Positions 54,550 to 64,000 of a DNA stretch of 64,000 nucleotides are shown piece after piece. Under the pieces are notes generated by a model, which ran no database searches, had not been told where the DNA came from, and saw only the letters and a list, made by a program, of their open reading frames with translations. The position numbers were made by a program, and so were the translations under genes. This DNA comes from the human T2T-CHM13v2.0 reference genome, Homo sapiens, in assembly GCF_009914755.1 (NCBI RefSeq), contig NC_060928.1; one strand, 5' to 3'. Within the stretch, counting starts at the first letter, position 1. Each line of letters starts with the position of its first letter.

Positions 54550-57500
54550 TCAGCTCCCACTTATAAGTGTGAACATTTGGTGTTTGGTTTTCTGTTTCTG
54601 TGTTAGTTTGCTGAGAATGATAGTTTCCAGCTTCATCCGTGTCCCTGCAAAAGACATTAACTCATTCTTTTTTATGGCTGAATAGTATTCCATGGTGTAT
54701 AAGTACCACATTTTCTTTATCCAGTCTATCATTGTTGGGCTTTTGGGTTGGTTCCAAGTTTTTGCTATTGTAAATAGTGCTGCAAAAAACATGTGTGCAT
54801 GTGTCTTTATAGTAGAATGATTTATAATCCTTTGGGTATATACCCAGTAATGACATTACTGGGTCAAATGGTATTTTTGGTTCTAGATCCTTCAGGAATC
54901 TCCACACTGTCTTCCACAATGGTTTAACTAATTTTCACTCCCACCAACAGTGTAAAAGCGTTCCTATTTCTCCACATCCTCTCCAGCATCTGTTGTTTCC
55001 TGACTTTTTAATGATTGCCGTTCTAACAGGCATGAGATGGTATCTCATTGCAGTTTTGATTTGTATTTCTCTAATGACCAGTGATAATGAGCTTTTTTCA
55101 TACATTTGTGGCCACATAAATGTCTTCTTTTGAGAAGTGTCTGTTCATGTCCTTTGCCCACTTTTTGATGGGGCTGTTTGTTTTTTTCTTGTAAATTTGT
55201 TTAAGTTCCTTGTAGATTTTGGGTATTAGCCCTTTGTCAGATGGATAGATTGCAAAAATTTTCTCCCATTCCGTAGGTTGCCTGTTCACTCTGATGATAG
55301 TTTCTTTTGCTGTACAGAAGCTCTTTAGTTTAATGAGATCTCATTTGTTCATTTTGGCTTTTGCTGCAGTTGCTCTTAGTGTTTTAGTCATGAAGTCTTT
55401 GCCCATGCCTATGTCCTGAATGGTATTGCCTAGGTTTTCTTCTAGGGCTTTTATGGTTTTAGATCTTATGTTTAAGTCTTTAATCCATCTTGAGTTATTT
55501 TTCTATAAGGTGTAAGGAAGGGGTCCAGTTTCAGTTTTCTGCATATGCCTAGCCAGTTTTCCCAAAACCATTTATTAAATAGGGAATCCTTTCCCCATTG
55601 GTTGTTTTTGTCAAGTTTGTCAAAGATCAGATGGTTGTAGATGGGTGGCATTATTTCTGAGGCCTCTGTTCTGTTCCATTGGTCTATATATCTGTTTTTG
55701 TACCAGTACCATGCTGTTTTGGTTACTGTAGCCTTGTAGTATAGTTTGAAGTCAGATAGCATGATGCCTCCAGCTTTGTTCTTTTTGCTTAGGATTGTCT
55801 TGGCTGTACAGGCTGTCTTTTGGTTCCATGTGAAATTTAAAGTAGTTTTTTTTCTAAATGGTAGCGTGATGGGAATAGCATTGAATCTATAAATTACTTT
55901 GGGCAGTATGGCCATTTTCATGATATTGATTCTTCCTATCCATGACCATGGATTGTTTTTCCATTTGTTTGTGTCCTCTCTTATTGCCTTGAGCAGTGGT
56001 TTATAGTTCTCCTTGAAGGATTTCTTTACATCCCTTTTAAGTTGTATTCTTAGGTATTTTATTCTCTTTGTAGCAATTGTGAATGGGAGTTCACTCATGA
56101 TTTGGCTCTCTGTTTGTCTGTTATTTGTGTATAGGAACGCTTGTAATTTTTCCCATTGATTTTGTATTCTGAGACTTTGCTGAAGTTGCTTATCAGCTCA
56201 AGGAGTTTTTGGACTGAGACGATGGGATTTTCTAAATATACAATCATGTCATCTGCAAACAGAGACAATTTGACTTCCTCTATTCCTATCTGAATACCCA
56301 TTATTTCTTTCTCTTGCCTGATTGCCCTGGCCAGAACTTTTAATGCTGTGTTGTATAGGAGTGGTGAGAGAGGGCATCCTTGTCTTGTGTCAGTTTTCAA
56401 AGGGACTACTTCCAGTTTTTGCCCATTCAGTATGATATTGGCTGTGGGTTTGTCATAAATACCTCTCATTATTTTGAGATAGGTTCCATCAATGCCTAGT
56501 TTATCGAGTGTTTTTTAGCATGAAGTGGTGTTGAATTTTATAGAAGGCCTTTTCTGCATCTATTGAGATAGTCATGTGGTTTTTGTCATTGGCTATGTTT
56601 ATGTGATGGATTACATTTATTGTTTTGCATATGTTGAACCAGCCTTGCATCCCAGGGATGAAGCCAACTTAATTGTGGTGGATAAGCTTTTTGATGTGCT
56701 GCTGGATTCAGTTTGCCAGTATTTTATTGAGGATTTTTGCATCAATGTTCATCAGGGATATTGGGTTGAAGTTTTCTTATTTTTTTGTTGTGTCTCTGCC
56801 AGGTTTTGGTATCAGGATGATGCCTCATAAAACGAGTTATGGAGGAGTCCCTCTTTTTTGATTGTTTGGCATAGTTTCAGAAGGAATGGTACCAGTTCCT
56901 TTTTATACCTCTGGTATAATTTGGCTGTGAATCTATATGGTCCTGGACATTTTTTGGTTGGTAGGCTATTAATTACTGCCTCAATTTCAGAACTTGTTGT
57001 TGGTCTATTCAGGGATTTGACTCCTTCCTTGTTTTGTCTTGGGAGGGTGTGTGTGTCCTGGAATTTATCCGTTTCTTCTAGATTTTCTAGTTTATTTGCA
57101 TAGAGGTGTTTATAGTATTCTCTGATGGTAGTTTGTATTTCTGTGGGATCAGTGATGATATCTTCTTTATCATTTTTCATTGTATCTATTTGATTCTTCT
57201 CTCTTTTCCTCTTCATTAGTCTGGCTAGCGGGCTATTTTGTTAATCTTTTCAAAAAACCAGCTCCTGGATTTACTGATTTTTCGAAGGATTTTTCATGTC
57301 TCTATCTCCTTCATTTCTGCTCTGATCTTAGTTATTTCTTGTCTTCTACTAGCTTTTGAATTTGTTTGCTCTTGGTTCTCTAGTTCTTCTAATTGTGTTA
57401 TGGTGTCGATTTTAGATCTTTCCCACTTTCTGATGTGGGCATTTAGTCCTATAAATTTCTCTCTAAACACTGCTTTAACTGTCTCCCAGAGATTCTGGCG

Positions 57501-58345
57501 TGTTGTGTCTTTCTCGTTGGTTTCAATGAAGTTATTTATTTCTGCCTTAATTTCGTTATTTACCCAGTAGTCATTCAAGAGCAGATTGTTCAGTTTCCAT
57601 GTAGTCGTGTGGTTTTGAGTGAGTTTCTTAATCTGGAGTTCTAATTTGATTGCACTGTGGTGAGTGACTGTTTGTTATGATTTACATTCTTTTGCATTTG
57701 CTGAGGAGTGTTTTGCTTCCAATTATGTGGTCAATTTTAGAATAAGTGTGATGTGATGCTGAGAAGAATGTATATTCTGTTGATTTGGGGTGGAGAGTTC
57801 TGTAGATGTCTATTAGGTTCACTTGGTCTAGAGCTGAGTTCAAGTCCTGAATATCCTTGTTAATTTTCTGTCTCATTGATCTGTCTAATATGGAAAGTGA
57901 GGTGTTAAAGTCTTCCACTGTTATTGTGTGGGAGTCCAAGTCTCTTCATAGGTCTCTAAGAACTTGCTTTATGAATCTGGGTGCTCCTGTATTGGGTGCA
58001 TATATATTTAGGATAGTTAGCTCTTCTTGTTGCATTGATCCCTTTACCATTATGTAATGCCTTTCTTTGTCTTTTTTGATCTTTGTTGGTTTACAGACTA
58101 TTTTATCAGAGACTGGGATTGCAACCCCTGCTGTTTTTTGCTTTCCATTTGCTTGGTGAATATCCCTCCATCCCTTTTATTTTGAATCTATATGTGTCTT
58201 TGCACGTGAGATGGGTCTCCTGAATCCAGCACACTGATGGATCTTGACTCCTTATCCAATTTGCCAGTCTGTGCCTTGTAATTGGGGCATTTATCCCATT
58301 GACATTTAAGGTTAATATTGTTACGTGTGAATTTGATCCTGTCAT
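54550..58345 (-). pseudogene. L1 ORF2p, multiply disrupted
   Basis: MTGSNSHVTILTLNVNG start at 58345; [10 protein letters not shown]; many stops and frameshifts. Confidence 0.9.
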
Positions 58346-58398
58346 TATGATGCTAGCTGGTTATTTTGCACATTAGTTGATTCAGTTTCTTCATAGTG

Positions 58399-59449
58399 TC
58401 ATTGGTCTTTATATTTTGGTATGTTTTTGCAATTCCTGGTTTGCAGTGGCTGGTACCTGTTTTTACTTTCCATATTTAGTGCTTCCTTCAGGAGCTCTTG
58501 TAAGGCAGGCCTGGTGGTGACAAAATCCCTCAGCATTTGCTTGTCTGTAAAGGATTTTATTCCTCCTTTGTTTATGAAGCTTAGTTTGGCTGGATATGAA
58601 ATTCTGGGTAGAAAATTCTTTTCTTTAAGAATGTTGAATATTGGCCCCACTCTCGTCTGTCTTGTAGGGTTTCCGCAGAGATATCCGCTATTAGTCTGAT
58701 GGGCTTCCCTTTGTAGGTAACCTGACCTTTCTCTCTGGCTGCCCTTAACATGTCTTCCTTCATTTCAACCTTTGTGAATCTGACGATTGTATGTCTTTGG
58801 GTTGCTCTTCTCAAGGAGTATCTTAGTGGTGTTCTCTGTATTTCCTGAATTTGAATGTTGGCCTGTTTTCCTAAGTTGGAGATGTTCTCCTGGATAATAA
58901 CCTGAAGTGTGTTTTCCAACTTGGTTCCATTCTCCCCATCACTTTCAGGTACACCAATCTGTTGTAGTTTTGGTCTTTTTACATAGTCACATATTTCTTG
59001 GTGGCTTTTCATTCTTTTCATTCTTTTTTCTCTAATCTTGTCTTCACGCTTTATTTTATTAAGTTGATCTTCAATCTCTGATCCTTTCTTCCACTTGATT
59101 GATTCTGCTATTTATACTTGTATATGCTTCACAAAGTTCTCGTGCTGTGTTTTTCAGCTCTGTCTGGTCATTTATGTTTTTTTTTTTTTTTTTAACTGGT
59201 TATTCTAGTTAGCAGTTCCTGTAACCCTTTATCAAGGTTCTTAGCTTCCTTGCATTAGGTTAGAACATGCTCCTTTAGCTTGGAGGAGTTTGTTATTACC
59301 CACCTTCTGAAGCCTACTTCTGTCAATTCATCAAACTCATTCTCCATCCAGTGTTGCTCCCTGGCTGGCAAGGAGTTGTGATGCTTTGGGAGAGAAGAGG
59401 CATTCTGGTTTTTGGAATTTTCAGCATTTTTGCACTAGTTTTTCCTCAT
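58399..59449 (-). pseudogene. L1 ORF1p, disrupted
   Basis: YVKRPKL..IGVPE and PRISYPAKLSF fragments in different frames; ATG at 59447-59449. Confidence 0.88.
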
Positions 59450-62400
59450 CTTTGTGGATTTATCTACCTTTGATCTTTGATGCTGATGACATTTGGATGA
59501 GGCTTTTGCATGGGCATCCTTTTTGTTGATGTCAATGCTATTGCTTTCTGTTTGTTAGTTTTCATTCTGACAGTCAGGCCCCTCTTCTGCAGGTCTGCTG
59601 GAGTTTTCTGGAGGTCCACTCCAGACCCCATTTGCCTGGGTATCACCAGCGGAGCCTGCAGAACAGCAAAGATTGCTGCCTGCTCCTTCCCCTGGAAGCT
59701 TCCTCCCAGAGGGCCACCGGCCAGATGTCAGCTGGAGCTCTCCTGTATAAGGTGTCTGTCGACCCCTGCTGCGAGGTGTCTCCCAGTCAGGAGGCACAGG
59801 GGTTAGGGACTCACTTGAAAAGGCAGTCTGTTCCTTAGGAGAGCTCAAGCACTGTGCTGGAAGATCTGCTGCTGTCTTCAGAGCTGACAGGCAGGAATGT
59901 TTAAGTCTGCTGAAGTTGCGCCCATAGCCACCCCTTCCCCCTGGTGCTCTGTCCCAGGGAGATGGAGGTTTTATCTATAGGCCCCTGACTGGAGCTGCTA
60001 CCTTTCTTTCAGAGTTGCCCTGCCCGGTGAGGAGGAATCTAGAGAGTCAGTCTGGCTGCAGCGGCTTTGCTGTGCTGCAGTGGGTTCCGCTCAGTCTGAA
60101 CTTTCCTGTGGCTTTGTTTACACTGTGAGGGAAAAACTGCCTACTCAAGCCTCAGTAATGGCAGGTGCCCCTCCCCACCACCAAGTTTGAGCATCACAGG
60201 TATTGACTTTAGACTGCTGTGCTGGCAGCAAGAATTTCAAGCCATTGGATCTTAGCTTGCTGGGCTTTGTGGGGGTGGGACCCACTGAGCAAGACCACTT
60301 GGCTCCCTCGCTTCAGTCCCCTTTCCAGGGGAGTGAATGGTTCTGTCTCACTGGGGTTCCAGGTGCCACTGGGGTATGCAAAAAAAAAAAAACTCCTGCA
60401 GCTAGCTCAGTGTCTGCCCAAACAGCCACCCAGTTTTGTGCTTGAAACCCGGGGCCCTGGTGGTGTAGGCATCTGAGGGAATCTCCTGGTCTGTGGGTTG
60501 GAAAAACTATGGGAAAAGCATAGTATCTGGGCCAGATAGCACTGTCGCTCACGGCACAGTCCCTCATGGCTTCCCTTGGCTAGGGGAGGGAGTTACCCAG
60601 CCCCTTCTGGGCTTCCTGGGTGAGGCAACATCCCACCCTGCTTCTGCTTGCCCTTCATGGGCTGCACCTACTGTCTAACCAGTTCCAGTGAGATGAACTG
60701 GGTACCTCAGTTGGAAATGCAGAAATTACCCACCTTTTGCGTTGGTCTCGCTGGGAGCTGCAGACCAGAGCTGTTCCTATTCAGCCATCTTGCCAGATCC
60801 TTCTTTTTATCTTTTTTTAAAATCCTCTTTTAACAGTGAAAAGGGAAGGAAACAGGAAGCACAAAGGAATTTCCTTCCCTCTTCATGGGCCCAGGGCCAG
60901 TCCCCAGCAACGTGCTGCAGTAGTGCCCTAGGATTTTTATGGTTTGAGGTCTTACATTTTTTTAATCCATCTTTAGTTAATTTTGTGTATTGTGAGACAT
61001 GTCAAGTTTTATTCTTCTGCATATGATTACCCAATTTATCCAGCACCATTTATTGAGTAAGGTGTCCTTTCCCCATTGTTTATTTTTGCTTGCTTTGCCA
61101 AAGATCAGTTGGTTGTAGGTATGTGGCTTTATTTCTGATTTCCCTAGTCTCTTACATTGGTGTACATGTCTATTTTTGTACCAGAATCATGCTGCTTTTG
61201 TTACTGTAGCCTTGTGCTATAGTTTGAAGTCAGGTAATGTGACGTTTCTTGCTTTGTTCTTTTTGCTTAGGATTGCTTTAGTTATCCATTCTTTTTTTGG
61301 CTCCATATACCATGTTATGAAATTGGATCAGTAATTTTAAAAACCTGTCAACCAAAAAGAGCCCTGGACCAGATGGATTAACAGCCAAATTCTACCAGAT
61401 GTATGAAGAAGAGCTGGTACCAATCCACTGAAACTATTCCAAAAATTAAGGAGGATGGATTCCTGACCAACTCATTCTATGAAACTAGTATCATTCTGAT
61501 ACCGAAATCCAGCAAAGATATAACAAAAAAAGGAAGCTACAGGCCGAGATCTCTGATAGACATACATGCCAATATCCTCAATGAAGTACTAACAAACCAT
61601 ATCCGGCAGCACATCAAAAAGTTAATTGGCCATGATCAAGTAGGCTTTATTCATGGGATGCATGGATGATATGCAAATCAATAAATGTGATTCATCACAT
61701 AAACAGAATTTAAAAACAAACCATATGATCATCTCAATAGATGCAGAAAAAGCATCCAATAAAATTCAACATCCCTTCATGATAAAAACCCTCAACTAAC
61801 TAGCCATTGAAAGAACACACCTCAAAATAATAGGAGCAGTCTATGACAAATCTACAGCCAACATCATACTGAGCAAGCAAAAGCTGAAAGCATGCCTCCT
61901 ATGAACTGGAATGAGACAAGAATGCCCACTGTCACCACTACTATTCCACATAGTACTGGAAGTTCCAGCCAGAGCAATCAGGCAAGAGAATGAAAGAAAA
62001 TGCATCCAAATAGAAAAAGAGGAAGTCAAATTATCTCTCTTTACAGACCACATTATTCTACACTTAGAAAACCCTAAAGATTCTTCCAAAAGACCCCTAA
62101 CCCTGATAAATGACTTCAGTAATGTTTCAGGATACAAAATAAATGTAAATGTACAAAAATCAGTAGCATTTCTATCCACTAATAACATTCAAGATGAAAA
62201 CCAAATCAAGAATGCAATTTCATTTACAATAACCACAAAAAGAATAAAATACCTAAGAGTACATCTAACCAAGGAGGTGAAAGATTCCTACAAGGAGAAC
62301 TACAAAATATTGCTGAAAGAAATCATAGATGACATAAACAAATGGAAAAACATTACATGCTCATGGATTGGAAGAATCGATATTGTTAAAATGTCCATAC

Positions 62401-64000
62401 TGCCCAAAGCTATTTGTAGATTCATTGCAATTTCTATTAAATTACCCCTATTTATTAAATTACCCATCATTCTTCACAAAATTAGGGGGACACCTCCTTC
62501 TATTCCTAGTTTGTTGAATATTTTTATCATGAAAGGGTACCAAATTTTATCAAATGCTTTTTCTGAATATATTAAGATGATCATATAAGTTTTATCTTTT
62601 ATTCTATTAATATTATATTTTAGACTGATTTTCGTATGTTAGACCAACCTTGCATTCCTGGCATAAATCCTACTTGCTCATGATGTATAATGCTTGTATA
62701 TGTTGCTGGATTCTGTTCCTAGCTTTCGTTGAGGATTTCTGTGTCTGTATTTATGAAGGATATTGATACGTAGTTTTCTTTCTTATGATGTCTTTGGTTT
62801 TGGTGTCAGGATAATGCTTGCTAGAAAGCATCGGAAAGTGTTTCCCTCTATTCTATCTTTTGAAAGAATTTGCAGAAGATTGTTATTAGCTCTTCTCTGA
62901 ATGGTAAAATTAATCAGTGAAGCCATCTGAGTCTGGGCTTTACTCTGTGACTATTTTTAAATTATTATTTATATTACTAATTGAATCTTTTCATTTATGA
63001 AAGTCTTTTTCAGATTTTCTATTTCTTCTTGAATAGTGTTGATTGTTTACATATTTCTACTAATTTGTCCGTTTCATCTAGAATGTCTAATTTGTTGGCA
63101 TAAAATTTCTTATACTGTTCTTTTATAATCCTTTTATTTCTGTAAAGTTGGTAGTAGTGTTTTCTTTTTCATTTCAAATTTAATAATTTGAGTTTCTTTT
63201 CTTTCTTTTTTTTTTTTTTGGACAGTCTAGCTAAAGTTTTGTAATTTTTGTCACTTTTCCAAAGAATCAGATTTCAGTTCCATTAGCTTTTTTTTTTTTG
63301 AAAACTGTTAGTTTATCTTTTATTTCATTGAAATAGAAAATGCTCTAATCTTTGTCATTTCCTTCGTTTGGGTTTAGTTTAGTTTGTTTTTTTTCTAGTT
63401 TCTTAGGGTAGAAGTTATTAAGATCTCTCTTCCCTTTAATTGTAGTGTTTAGTCCATTTATATTATGTAGTTACTGATAAGGTATTATTTATGTAGCCAC
63501 TTTGTAATTTTTTTATATGTCTTGTGGTTTTTCCCCCATTATTCCTCCATTACTTCTATCCTTTGTGTAATAAAAACATTTTCTAGTATGCTATTTTAAT
63601 TACTTTGTTCTTTCTTTTACTGTATTTTTGAGTTATTTTCTTACTGGTCACTTTGGGAATAACATTTTTGAGTTAAAACAGTCTGATGTATGTGTGTATG
63701 TGTTTTAGCAACTTTTTATTTCCATATAATTTCAAAATTACAAAAATTGTAAAAAAAAAAATCACAAAGAATTATATATGCTTTCAGTGTATCCCCAGAT
63801 TAACATTTTTCCTCATTTGTTTTATATTCTGTGTGTATGTTTTCAGAGCTAAAATTCCTAATTTTAATTAAGTTTAACATATTAACATATTATTATTATT
63901 AGTTCTTTTAACATCCTGTTTAGAAATCTGTCTACCCTAAAGTTATAAAGATCTTCCTTAATGCTTTTTCTAGAAGGTTTATTGTTTTACATTGTACATT

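Larger units (their letters stand above)
54310..60800 (-). mobile_element. Full-length LINE-1, L1PA8-like, inactive
   Basis: 5' end ctggcaagatggctgaatagg; 3' UTR 'aatgcatgcagggctaaaacctag'; TSD tgctctaggactttt (54298-54312) / tgccctaggattttt (60924-60938). Confidence 0.93.
53397..62486 (-). mobile_element. L1PB-like element with 5' inversion (minus 53397-54312 and 60924-~61310; inverted plus ~61316-62486), split by L1PA8
   Basis: 3' UTR 'atattgcatgatgctgaggtttggg'; orientation flips at ~61312; the plus segment carries RT ([19 protein letters not shown]). Confidence 0.8.
49295..63690 (-). mobile_element. Old L1M(B/C) host, fragmented by nested insertions (pieces ~49295-50541, 52486-53395, 62490-63690)
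   Basis: Antisense L1 sequence resumes colinearly, e.g. 'ttaagttgaggaa' (53371) continues as 'ccttctattcctagtttg' (62496). Confidence 0.7.

Overview
Primate (human-like) genomic DNA, almost all interspersed repeat. I find no supportable protein-coding gene, structural RNA gene, CpG island or CRISPR array; every long ORF in the track derives from LINE-1, Alu, LTR or microsatellite sequence. Contents: two full-length dead L1s (L1PA4-like 3091-9260 and L1PA8-like 54310-60800, both minus), a young 5'-inverted L1PA2-like copy (32950-35568), an older 5'-inverted L1PB, a full THE1D/MSTA MaLR, solo LTRs (HERV-W LTR17, MLT2A, LTR16A, MLT1), Tigger-family DNA transposons, about 12 Alus, and L2/MIR/L3 relics. 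The most unusual signals are structural scars readable directly in the sequence: a 106-bp inverted copy of DNA 2.1 kb away pasted into an AluY; an L1 stub that captured an inverted ~256-bp copy of its own flank inside its TSD; a ~125-bp 5' transduction on the L1PA8; and a 57-bp foreign segment on an L1PA15/16 fragment. Four such events cluster within 48.8-53 kb. There are also three candidate plus-strand non-coding exons and two enhancer-like islands. Subfamily names come from remembered diagnostic positions, not a database search.
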